From a virus (Duplodnaviria; Caudoviricetes), in the IMG/VR virus record IMGVR_UViG_3300014205_005221, positions 122,051 through 186,050 of that record: a DNA stretch of 64,000 nucleotides. The stretch is one strand, 5' to 3'. The notes under the pieces are model-generated. The model was not told the DNA's origin and searched no databases. It was given only the letters and a program-made list of their open reading frames with translations. Shown here one piece after another: positions 9,146 through 19,800 of this stretch (its first letter is position 1; each line of letters opens with the position of its first letter). Both the position numbers and the translations under genes were made by a program.

Positions 9146-9979
9146 CTACCCGTCCAGCGAGGACCGCGCGTGGCGGAGGATGTACTCGTCGAACGCCGCT
9201 CCGGAAATGTTCATAGTCTCCAACCGACCTAATGTGGTGTTACAGCTGAAACACAGCAGCTGACGAAGACACAAACCGCAGGACTGCCGACCCGGACAAC
9301 ACGCGTGGTCGTGATCCACAGCCAACCGACGATCACCCGGCGAAGCCCCACAAATGGCACAAACCCACCCCTGAGCATCCGCCATACGTTCATAATCTTC
9401 AACAGTAAGTTTATACAAAAACCAAATTCTACTTACCCAAACCTGATCTAAATAAAGCTCACGCTGATCGTCAGTCATAGAGTCATAACGAACTTTACGT
9501 TCAATTTTACGACAAACTCGGCATACGACCTGATATCCAGATTCGACCGTCTGGTCTTCATAAAAACTAAGCACAGGCTTGCTCTCACCACAGGTAAGAC
9601 ACACCCGGACGCCATCGACAACCGGGTTTTCCTGATCCTTGATCGAAGGAAGTACATAGTCCGGACCACGCCACTTCTCCGCCTGCTTGGCGTTGGCCTT
9701 GCGCTGCAGCGCGCGGGCACACGGGAGACAGCGTCCGGTAAGACGCCTACCCTCACCGCGATTCTTCTTCACCAGCTGCGCCAGCTCCATCGGAAGCTTC
9801 TCCCGGCACTGCGTGCAGGTGAACTCCGGATCCTCAGGCGTGAGGCCACGGTTGGGCTGACGCTCAGACGGCGTCTGCTTCATGCCAGGGCGGGGGATAC
9901 CCGGGCGCCCGGACCCGGGACGAGGAACTCCCTTCCCACCCTTAGACGGCGGACTGCCAACAAAAACTGCGTCTTCCAC
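9146..9979 (-). CDS. Endonuclease VII-like (His-Me finger) nuclease with N-terminal Zn fingers, possible homing endonuclease
   Basis: Q..VCAICG...LAVDHDH..C....CG.C.R.LLC..CN..LG. Confidence 0.85.
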   Translation of the reverse strand: MEDAVFVGSPPSKGGKGVPRPGSGRPGIPRPGMKQTPSERQPNRGLTPEDPEFTCTQCREKLPMELAQLVKKNRGEGRRLTGRCLPCARALQRKANAKQAEKWRGPDYVLPSIKDQENPVVDGVRVCLTCGESKPVLSFYEDQTVESGYQVVCRVCRKIERKVRYDSMTDDQRELYLDQVWVSRIWFLYKLTVEDYERMADAQGWVCAICGASPGDRRLAVDHDHACCPGRQSCGLCLRQLLCFSCNTTLGRLETMNISGAAFDEYILRHARSSLDG

Positions 9980-9998
9980 AAAACCTCCAGAAACGACT

Positions 9999-10037
9999 GA
10001 GAGGGCAGAACCCCTTTCACAGGAGTCCTACCCTCTC
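9999..10037 (-). terminator. 17-bp hairpin after the major capsid gene
   Basis: GAGAGGGTAGGACTCCT-GTGAA-AGGGGTTCTGCCCTCTC pairs fully with G-U on the minus strand; contains a GGGTAG motif. Confidence 0.65.
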
Positions 10038-10108
10038 AGAGGCTAGAAGATTTTGCCAGTGTTTTATTTTGGCCTTCTAGATGACCTTCAGATCAACGTT
10101 TCCGCAGG

Positions 10109-11131
10109 TCAGTTGGCGACGCGGGCGACGAGCACCTGCTCGGGGCGATAGATCACCGGGAGGAAGTGTTGTTCGATGAGATACTGGCGACTGGAAGGGT
10201 CTTTCTCCTTCCAGGTCTTAGCAAATCGACCTGTAAAGCCACGAGGGGCCTCATCGTCGGCAGTCGGGCCAAGCATGAACTCCATGGGACGGTTGTCCGA
10301 GAGGTTGGCAAAAATAATCTTGCCGTCACCCAGGAACATCGTCTCATTACCAGCCGCGTCCTCGTAGACCGACTCGGTGGTCGTCCAGTTGAGGCCCATG
10401 AAGCCCGGCATGGTGCCCGACGAGTAGTACTCGTCCTTCATGCGGTCCGACATCAGGCCAGCGGCGTTACCGTCGGTGGCGAAGGCGTCGAAGATCAGCG
10501 ACAGCGTCTGCTCGGTGCAGAACGCCTCGCGGACCGGGACCTGACCATCACGCTGGATCAGGCGCTTCCACGCCCGGATGTCAGCGATGATCTGCGAAGC
10601 CGATGCGCTGGCCCAGAGGGTCGACGCGGTGGGCTTGTGCGAAGCCGAGAACTTGTAGTCGATCGACGCCTGAACGTCGTCGTAGTCGAACACCAGCTGA
10701 CCCTGGAGAGCCTGCCACGCGCAGTACTCCATGAAGTTGTCAAAGCGGGTGTTCAGGTCGTTGATCTCACGGAGAACAGCGGCCTCGGCGTTCTTGGCGG
10801 CAAGCGACCCTGGCTCACGGATCCAGTGGATCGTGGTCGGCTCGAATACCTTCTTCTCGCGAAGGTAGACGAACGCGGCGCTTTCCTGGCTCCGACCGAG
10901 CCGAGGCACGATGTGCGCCTCGGAGTTCGGAACGTTGGGCTTCGCCACGCTCCGGGAACCCTTGATCACGTCCCACTTCGCCACCGGGTAAGGCCACGGC
11001 TGCTTGGAGAGACGGTTGACCAGGATCAGGTTCTCCGGAGCCTTCATCTTCTCGACCACGCCCATAAGCACGGTCGGCTCCAGCAAACTGATGTCCGGCA
11101 ACTCTGTCACCTTTCTCGCTGACGCAGTCAC
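10109..11131 (-). CDS. Major capsid protein (lambda gpE-like HK97 fold)
   Basis: 340 aa after the decoration protein; EYCAWQALQG, IDY and W.EKDPS...P motifs. Confidence 0.88.
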   Translation of the reverse strand: MTASARKVTELPDISLLEPTVLMGVVEKMKAPENLILVNRLSKQPWPYPVAKWDVIKGSRSVAKPNVPNSEAHIVPRLGRSQESAAFVYLREKKVFEPTTIHWIREPGSLAAKNAEAAVLREINDLNTRFDNFMEYCAWQALQGQLVFDYDDVQASIDYKFSASHKPTASTLWASASASQIIADIRAWKRLIQRDGQVPVREAFCTEQTLSLIFDAFATDGNAAGLMSDRMKDEYYSSGTMPGFMGLNWTTTESVYEDAAGNETMFLGDGKIIFANLSDNRPMEFMLGPTADDEAPRGFTGRFAKTWKEKDPSSRQYLIEQHFLPVIYRPEQVLVARVAN

Positions 11132-11253
11132 CGGAATTATGCTGGGACTGCTATGTACATCTGATTCGTCAGCGAGTCCGATATTTAAATCGAACCCCGG
11201 CCTGCGCCACGCTGGTTAAAGCGTCATCCGGCTGGCCTACGTGCTAATGCTTA

Positions 11254-11658
11254 TCAGAAGGTAAGCGTGTCGAAACTGTCATCGAGACGAGCGTTGAGGT
11301 CAGCGATGGCGGCGGAGTCGAGTCCGACGACCAGCTGGCTCTTCAAGATGCCCGAGATGACGATGTTGCCCTGGTAGGTGTGACCCTGGGCGTCCGTACC
11401 GGTGTCAACGCCACGACGCAGGACACCGCGAGCAACACCCGCGCCATCCGAGCCGCCGTTGTCGTACTTGACCCACTTCTTATCCGTGGTGCGCTGCGCA
11501 AGCACAGTGCCCAGCGGGAGAATGCCCTGGCCAGCCGCGAGGGTGACACCCTTCTGGGTGAACCGCGCGTAGCTGTAGAGCAGCTCGGGGTCGTAAGAGG
11601 TGTTGCCCTTCCAAAAGCCCGGGGAAGGGATGATGTTGCCGACGTACTCCACTGCCAT
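11254..11658 (-). CDS. Head decoration protein (gpD-like)
   Basis: VTLAAGQG.LPLGTVLA...DG...ARGVL; lies between scaffold and capsid genes. Confidence 0.8.
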   Translation of the reverse strand: MAVEYVGNIIPSPGFWKGNTSYDPELLYSYARFTQKGVTLAAGQGILPLGTVLAQRTTDKKWVKYDNGGSDGAGVARGVLRRGVDTGTDAQGHTYQGNIVISGILKSQLVVGLDSAAIADLNARLDDSFDTLTF

Positions 11659-11704
11659 GTCTAATGCTCCTCAGGAAAAGTCGCTGCCGCCGCGATCAGC
11701 CGAA

Positions 11705-12904
11705 TCAGGAAGTCAGGTACTGCGCGGCAGGACCGTCAGACGCGGTGAGACGAGCAAGCTCGGCCTCGACGTCGATCTCCTGCTTCTGGTGAGCCTCAGC
11801 GTCAGGAGCGACACCCTTCTCGACCGACAGAGCCACGATCGGCTCCTCGGGGAGCAGGGCGTCGAAGGTCTCCCGGTTCGACAGGGCCAGGTTCAGGTAC
11901 GTCTCACGCTTGGCCGGGACGATGAAGCCCCGGTCGATGAGACCGTCGATCTCGGTCTCGACGTTGCGCTTCTCCAGAGCGAGAATCCGCTCACCGGCAG
12001 CGTCGAAGTTGCTCGACAACTTGACGTTCTGCTGAGCAAGCTCAGACACAGCGTCAACGAGCGTGTCGGTGTCGATTTCGCCATCCTTGTTCGAGAGAGC
12101 GACCTCGGCGTCGGTACCGGTCAGAGCAGCCTTGACCTTGGCGGCCAGCTCCTCGACGTCCGGCTTCGCGGCCAGCTCCTCCTGGGCGGCAGACAGCGCA
12201 GTCTCGGCAGTCTCCGTCTTGGTCTTGAAGGTCGCCAGCTGCTCCTGCAGCGCGGTGACATCCAGCTCGTGCTCGGCCTTCAACTCGGCCAGAATCTCAT
12301 CCAGCGTGCGGGGCACCGCAGCCTCCCTCTGATCGCTTGTCGCACTCATCTCAAGGAGCGCGGGGCTGCCTTCGTATTCGGACGACGCCGCAACGATCTC
12401 CTCATAGGGATCCAGCTGGGTCACGTATGGACGGTTCGTGACAGCTACGTGTAAAAGCGTCGGACCAACCTTCTGGTTGGTAGTTGTGTCGGTGTAGTTC
12501 AAATGCATGAACGCCGACGCACCCAAAAGGGTCTTACCGAAATCATCGGCACTCTTACGCGCATCTACGTGTGCGTAGATCTTGCCGTTCTTATCATCGA
12601 CCTCGATGTCGAGAACTTCACCGAGATTTGCACCAGGATTCTCGACATGCTCATTCTGGTCATTGGCAAGAGGGACCTGAACAATGGGACAGACATTGGC
12701 GTCAAAGTTGCCCTTAAGAGCATCGCCAAATGCCTTGTCAATCTTAATCTTGGTCTTGGTGACCGGATGAATCAACTCTCCATAGGAGAGGATGTGCTTC
12801 CGGAACACCCGTCCCTGCTTCTGGCGGGACAGAGCGACAGAGTCGTTCATCTCTGTCCAGTCCGCATCCGGTGACGGCGCAATTACCGTATACAGATCGC
12901 CCAT
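11705..12904 (-). CDS. Prohead protease/scaffold (Mu gpI-like)
   Basis: GPTLLHVAVTNRPY motif followed by a coiled-coil C-terminus. Confidence 0.8.
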   Translation of the reverse strand: MGDLYTVIAPSPDADWTEMNDSVALSRQKQGRVFRKHILSYGELIHPVTKTKIKIDKAFGDALKGNFDANVCPIVQVPLANDQNEHVENPGANLGEVLDIEVDDKNGKIYAHVDARKSADDFGKTLLGASAFMHLNYTDTTTNQKVGPTLLHVAVTNRPYVTQLDPYEEIVAASSEYEGSPALLEMSATSDQREAAVPRTLDEILAELKAEHELDVTALQEQLATFKTKTETAETALSAAQEELAAKPDVEELAAKVKAALTGTDAEVALSNKDGEIDTDTLVDAVSELAQQNVKLSSNFDAAGERILALEKRNVETEIDGLIDRGFIVPAKRETYLNLALSNRETFDALLPEEPIVALSVEKGVAPDAEAHQKQEIDVEAELARLTASDGPAAQYLTS

Positions 12905-12941
12905 GTCCGAGGTCTTCGGCAGCTACCAGATTCCAAACATG

Positions 12942-12978
12942 AAAAAGCGCCCGGGATCGTCATGAACCCGGGCGCTTT
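12942..12978 (-). terminator. Intrinsic terminator
   Basis: AAAGCGCCCGGG...CCCGGGCGCTTTTT. Confidence 0.8.
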
Positions 12979-12990
12979 GACAACGCTGCA

Positions 12991-13299
12991 CTACTGAGGT
13001 GACCGCTTGCGGTTCTCCACCGCCTCCAGCGCTACCGCGCGGGCGAGAACGTGCCGTGGCTCTTCACCTGTCTTACGTGGGATGGCTCGCCACAACGCCA
13101 CCGTGGGAGTGCGCTGGGCAAGATGGCGCGCCCACTCGTCCCATGTCGGAGCTGAACCTCGGGACTCCATGATGGACGCCCCGAGTGTCCGAGCCTCGCC
13201 TCCGTCCTTGGTGCGAAGGTATGCCGACGATGTCGGGGACAGCCACACACCGAGAACCTTGTTCGAATCTGGGTGCACATGCACCAGCGCTAGAGGCAT
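12991..13299 (-). CDS. Hypothetical protein downstream of the giant MuF gene
   Basis: AAGGAG RBS, operonic. Confidence 0.65.
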   Translation of the reverse strand: MPLALVHVHPDSNKVLGVWLSPTSSAYLRTKDGGEARTLGASIMESRGSAPTWDEWARHLAQRTPTVALWRAIPRKTGEEPRHVLARAVALEAVENRKRSPQ

Positions 13300-13309
13300 C
13301 CCGAACTCC

Positions 13310-13879
13310 TTACGAAGACCGGGTCAAGGATACAACCTCGGGCACCGTTCCCGACGGCGCACTCAAGGCCACACCGCCCACATGCGGATTAACGTATGCC
13401 AGCTCCATCGACTCGGTATCGATGTCCGAAGAACTCTGCACGACCAGCTCACCAGCCGGGCCCGCAAACTGCGCCTGATCCATGAGAACCCGACGCAGCT
13501 TTTCCCTGTGCGGGGCCAGGAACTCCGCCAAACCCTCGGAGAACCACGAGTTCAGCTCCCACAACCCGGAGCGAGCACTGTCCAAGGGCAACAGCTGCGT
13601 GCGAACCACGTAGTGCCCGTCTCGGTCGATTTCCTCCCAGGAGTTGATGTACATCAGCACATCCTGGTCGCCATCGAACGACATCAGCACCGGCCACTCG
13701 CCGCGCATCTGCATCACGACCAGCACCGGGAAGTTGAACCGGCCATCCGGGTCGAGACGGCCGTCCGCCATCACCTGCGAGAACGTGGCCCCCTGAGGGA
13801 AGCTCTCATCGAGAAACACCTGCCACGCTGCCGCCGCTTCGACAGCAGAACTGAACTGCTGCTCCGTCGGGTTGTTCAC
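13310..13879 (-). CDS. Hypothetical acidic protein directly downstream of the giant MuF gene
   Basis: GAGGAGG RBS, 2 nt after the MuF stop. Confidence 0.7.
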   Translation of the reverse strand: MNNPTEQQFSSAVEAAAAWQVFLDESFPQGATFSQVMADGRLDPDGRFNFPVLVVMQMRGEWPVLMSFDGDQDVLMYINSWEEIDRDGHYVVRTQLLPLDSARSGLWELNSWFSEGLAEFLAPHREKLRRVLMDQAQFAGPAGELVVQSSSDIDTESMELAYVNPHVGGVALSAPSGTVPEVVSLTRSS

Positions 13880-13881
13880 GA

Positions 13882-16800
13882 TCAGTCATCCTCCTCATCA
13901 GGGTTCCACGCGAGCGCTGCCGCCTTGACCTTAGCCAAAGCTTCCGCCTTGCCCGCAGCTACCACGAACCTATCTTCAATCGTCAAACCACGGATGTTTG
14001 TTACACCCTTGCTCTTCAGGTAGTCGATGAACGCCTGACGTTCCGACTGACTGTTAAACACAGCAAGTTCGATGTCATCCAACACCGAGATTCCATGCTT
14101 AATCATGGTCTCGTTATGGTCTTGAATGCTGGTAGCTTTCTCTAAGCTAAAATCAGACTTAATTTTACGATTGTCAATTTTACCCCAACCATCGCCCTTA
14201 AAGGAATAGTTGGTAGTTTTTGCCAACACACGCGGGTTTACATAAATTTGAGAGTAATCAAAGTTATTGCCGGTCTGATTAGTGCGAACAAAGTTAAAAT
14301 GTCCAGCGCCGTTAGTAATGTCCGGCGGAGAAGACTGACCTTCAATAACCTTGCCCATCATACGAGGACGCGCTTCGTTCGACCACAGACCGCCCGTACG
14401 AAGAATCGTACGCATATCACCCATACCGATGGAGTGCGTAGCAAAAGGCTTGTTCTTGAGGTACTCCCAGTCCGCATCAAAACGATCCCAGTACGGGTTG
14501 CCGCCGACTACCTCAGGACGCGCCACGTTCGGATGCGAGAACTTCGGCATGTACTTCTGCTTATCTACAAACTCTTTAACTTGCTCTTTGCTGGTCAATC
14601 GAGACCACGCCTCGCGCCAACGCTCCAGCTCTTCTTTAGCCTGAAGCGCAGGAGTGCCCTCCGTGCCGCCCGGCAAATTGTCCCGGACGTAATCCACCAC
14701 GTCTTTGTGCTTACCCTGCCCCTGGTCCCTGCGATCCGTGAGCACGCCGTACAGGTGGCGCCAGTAGAACAGCTCCATGTCGGTATCCTCCGCAGCAGAC
14801 AGGTCCAATCCCATCTGCTGCAGCGCAGTCATAGCTGCCTCGGTTCCCGTATGCGTGCCGTCGTAGTTGCGCACCTTGATCTTCAGACCGCCCTGCTGAG
14901 ACCGCCGCACGCCATCTTCGTCGTGCCACGACCGGTACTCGATTTCTGTACCGTCAGGGAGTTCCACAACATACGTTGTACCCGACTGAAGAATTTGGCT
15001 ATTCCAGCCCGATGGCTTAGATCCATTCAGAACCATATTGCCGTCATCGTCGATCGAGCCCTGCTCGTAGTAGGACACAACCTTCTTGACCTTGAAACCG
15101 TCCGACGGAGCTGCAATCTCCGGCGTGATAGCTGGCCTCTTCGGAGGCTCGAACGGGAACGGGTCAAAATCACCGTGCTTAGACTGACCGCCAAAATCGA
15201 TTAAACGCTGTACGTCTTTGATTTTGCCATCGTAGTACGACAGCAAATTCTTGTACGTTTCCTTGGCTTCTGTCCAGTCAGCAAACTGTGATGGATAAAT
15301 ACCCGATTCGACCTCAGCAAGCTTCTTCTCAACATCCGCTTTCATGGTATTAAAATTAGCCATGTGCGACGAGTTGAAGTTTTGATCTCCTAACCCGTTG
15401 TGATGAGAAACAGTCTTAGCAGCAGCAAGCGAGAACTGCGAATAGCTAGTAGCTCCCGCGTTACTCAAAAACTCAGTCTTTTGATAACTGTCTGAAACAT
15501 CTCCTACTGTAACCGTATTGCCAGCGCGAGCCACAAGCCACTTGCGCAACTCCTTGTCCGCCTGCTTACGGACCAGCGCAGTCATATGCAGCTCGGTACC
15601 ACCCTGCGACGTCTTCACCTCTTGCGCCAGAACGTAGTTCTCCTCCAGCGCATTGCCGCCAAAGAAAGTAGAAGCTCCCGCATGTCCGGCTTCCTTCACC
15701 CGGGTGAGATGGTCCTCCGAAAACCCGGAGAACACATGCTTGCCGAGGCTCTGGCTCTTGGCTGGCTTCTCGCGACCCAGCTGCGAGTAAATACCGTCCC
15801 AGAACTTCTCAAAATCCTCGGACAATGCGTTCTTACGCGCCAGCGCCTGCGACACCAGGTCAGGCAGATCCTTGGCAGACGTCCATCCAAAGTTGGTGCG
15901 GTTCTGTAATCCCTCAGTGATTGTCGAACCCCAGGACGCATCCGATACCGACGACGTCTTCCGTGCCTGCGCCATAGATGCGAGGTACAACGAGTCCACA
16001 TCCGCGTCGGAATACTTTCCTGACAACGCAGCCTTGTAGACCTTGTCGTAGTAAGGGGTGGTCCAGTCGGACAACTGCCCGACCTTCAGCTGCATAGAGC
16101 CCGGCTTGCCGAAACGCACGAAGGAACGGGCGATGTCGATCGGCATCACGCGCTTGCCATCGGGCATCAACAGGAAGTTGTTGCCGTGAGCGTCATCGTT
16201 TGCTGTGGCCCAGTCCTGCACGTGCGCGGCCATCAGATCCTTGAGTGCCGAGATGGGCAGGTCAACAGGATCAGTGTTCATCAAGGTTCCCTGGCTGGGG
16301 ACCTTGGCCTGGAACTGGCCGAACTTGCCATTAAACGTTCCCAGCTCCGACGCGGCAACCCGGAATCCCGCAAGCTCCGCCAACTTGTGGCTGGCGTGCT
16401 CGATCTCAGCGCGGAACTTCTCAGGAGCGACCTTGAACAGGAACGGGTTGCCCTGCTCATCGGTCAGCTGCCAGATCTCCGAAGACGAGCCACCACCGAG
16501 CGGAGGCTGCTCCGCATTCATGGTGTAAGTCTTCTTCTCAAGCTTCAACGCATCATGCACAAAGCCCAGCAGTGCAGGAACGTTGTAGTGTGAATCCTCG
16601 TAAATCTTGCCCAGCAAATCCTGCATCTGCTGCTTGGCAAAAGCCGGGCTCTTGAACGTGGCAGAACCTTCAGGGGCCGCAGCTACCGCGTGCAGCGCGA
16701 CCAGCTGTGCCTTTACCTCGGGCGTCTGACTAGTCAAGAACTCAACAGACTTGTCACTGACACCAACATGGTTCAAATAAGTATCAAGCTGACTGTTGTT

Positions 16801-19800
16801 CCATCCCTGCACCGCAACCTTGGAATAATCCATTTCAGGAAAACCTTCGGGCAACGGGACTGCATAGCCGGGAGCGTACTTCTCCACTGACGGAAGAATA
16901 GGCGAAGAATGAATGTCGCCCTCGTTGACATTTTTCTGTCCAAGATACGAGAGAGAATCAGTTCCCAGCTTGTTCCCTGAAGCGTGTGCGATTGCCCAAG
17001 AACGCTTTTGGCTACTGCTTAACCCTGTAGGATGCTGCATGTTTGCGGCAAGCAAATACGCATCTACAGTCTCACTCTGCCAAAGATGCCAAGAGTCAGT
17101 GTTGGGCCACGATCCGTCAACTTTGATTCCAGCAGGAATCTCGCCTGAGACTAACGGCGGCATCTTCTTCTTGACGAAGCCGGACGCGTTCACCGGGTTT
17201 TCAGGAGAACCCGGGTGCACCTTGCGCTTACCGTGCTGCTGAACCTTCTTGGACTCGATCTCGTAAGCCTTGTCCCACTCACCGTTGGCCCACGCGTACA
17301 TCCACGCGACCAAGTCTTCCTTCTTGGTCGAGCTGTTCAGATGCTTGGCTGCAATGTTCTCGAACCCGGAATCCTTGGCCCACTTCTTCGCAGACGCCAA
17401 CAGCACCGGCTTCTCGACCCAGTCCGGCCTGATGTGCCCCGCCACCATGAACGGCTGCAACACCGGGGCGTCCGCATCGAACATGTGCGACGGCGTAGAC
17501 GCGACCGGAGAGTTCTGCGGTGGCACCCAGAACATGTCACCGGACTCCACGGCGTTCATGAACTCATCGATGTCCATGTTTGGGCCACTGGCGTCCAGCG
17601 TGACGTGCATTCCCTCGCCGTCGGTCCAGGTGCCCAGCTGCACCCCATTCCAATAACCGTCCGGCGAGACCTCATCGGGCGCGTCCGGGGTGTTGGGGAC
17701 CGGGTCGACCGCAGGAGCCACCGATGGGCCGTCGTAGACGCTGTCGAGCTTGGAGACCAGCTCTTCCGGGCTGTAGACCTTCAGCACCGAGCCATCGGCA
17801 TCGATCTTCTGGACGAGACCGTCAGGATCGAACTTGTAGTGCGCCACCTGCGGGGCAGCACCCGTAGACAGCAGGTTCCCCTGGCCCAGGCCAGTCAGAT
17901 ACACAAATTGGTTATTCTTCGCAGCAGTCTGGAAAGCCTGCGAGAACGGCGTGGTAGTCGGCGCCCACGCGTCCTGCATAGAAGCGTTGCCTGCTTTGGC
18001 TACCAGGTCGCCCAGGTACGGAGACTGCAACGCAGCGCCCGCCTGATCCTCCAAAGACGGGGGCCCGGAATCCTCCAGATCTCCCTGGAACACCGCCGTA
18101 TGCGTCTGGAATGACAGAGTGTCATCCATCAGGTTCATGGCAAAAAACGATGGTGAAATGCCCTCAGGCCCGTTCTCGCCTACCTTGAAAACGTTTCCGT
18201 TGTACTGATGCTTGTAATCGCCGATCAGGAACCCGTTAGGGTCCTTGAGCGCCTCGGTCATCCAAGAGTCCGGACTCACCTGCAACGCCGTGGGAGCAAT
18301 ACCCTCGCTGGTGAGATAGGGCTTCACCACATCAATATGCGCCATTGACTCACCGGATGGCGTCGCAATGAGCACCGAGCCGTCCGGGTACACGCTGTAA
18401 GTAGAAGTCCCTGAAGCGTAGTGACCGACCTGCACTCGATTCACGTAGACAGCATTAGGATCCGTCGGAAGATCCGACAGCTTATCCCAAGTACCTAACT
18501 CAAGCATACTCTTGACAAGATCAGAATCTGTCATATGAACAGTCTGACCAGAAGACGTGTTAATGCTGTGCGCTGTTCCGTCCGGGTAGACCTTGAGCGC
18601 CATACCACCCGGAGAGGTGTAGAACCCGACCTCAGGCAACTCCGAACCCGCAAGATCCGTGCCTAATCCGGAGGTCTGGAACTTGTCACCAATCTTGTCG
18701 GCGATCTGTGCAGAACTCAAATTCTTGAAATCTCCATCGTTGATTTCAACAACAGAGTTCTCTTCAGGATTGATCTCGAAGTAAGTTCCGCCCTCGAAAT
18801 AACCATCATCGGTGTCGATGTACCCGGAAGAACTCCAGAAATGGGTTTCACCAGTCTTGTGCGCCTGCTGGAACGCGTCCGCAAAAGAATTGTCAAAAAT
18901 GCCATCCGTGTCCTTGGCATTTTTGACCAATTCCTGCAGCGAAAGAGAACCGCCCGACACGTTGGTGGTCGGCGGACCACTGAAGAAATCTTCCACCGGG
19001 TCCGGCGCGCCCACATCTACAGGAGTGACATCCGGATCCGAATCAGGTCCAGTCACAGGCGTCGGGTTGGACGCCATGTTGTCGGCCTTGCCCTGCAGGA
19101 CAGCGATAACCGCTTCCTTGAGCTTGCCGTAGTGAACCTTGCCGTTACCGCCCTTAAACGGAGCAGACAGCGGGTCCGCCTCGATGAAGGTCTTGAGATC
19201 CGCCTTGGCGAGCGGAGAGTCAATCGCCTTGAGCGGCGCCTTCACGCTAGTAGAGCTGGAATTCTTCACCGCATCGATAGCGTCGAGAATTTCCTGCTTG
19301 GTAACGCTCTTCCCTGCAACGGACACCGTAGACGGAGCAGTCGGCGCTTCCGGCGGATTGTTGAGCTGCAGAACAGCATCGTCCATGTGCTTCTGCAGCG
19401 CATCCGACACGGCCTGCTTCCACGGCGCCGAGTCCAAATGCGAATCGACACCGAGGCTTGCTCCGAACCCGTTCTGGCCCATTCCCTTGAACGGATGTCC
19501 CGCAGGGAGATGGCCCATCAACGTGTAGAACTGACCATCCGGGTCCAATCCCAGCGGCGGGCCATCCCACAAGCTCTTGAGCAACTGCAGCTCGTTGACG
19601 CTGGCCTCGACAGTACCCAGCTGCACCTTGGGAGAATCATCCGGACCGGGCGTCTCGACAGGACCATTCTGACCTGGACGTGTCTTCACATTCAGATAGT
19701 CATTCAACCCATCGAACAGCACCTTGTTCATCTCATGAGCCGGAGTACGGCCCACGAACTCGCTCCAGTCCACGCCATACGCGAGCGGGTTATGCCCTAC

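Noticed and set aside
2356-9151. GGGTAGGA as a Shine-Dalgarno site only
   Set aside because: GGGTAGAAC and GGGTATAAC variants lack SD complementarity yet keep the exact 9-nt spacing, and the motif also precedes tRNAs
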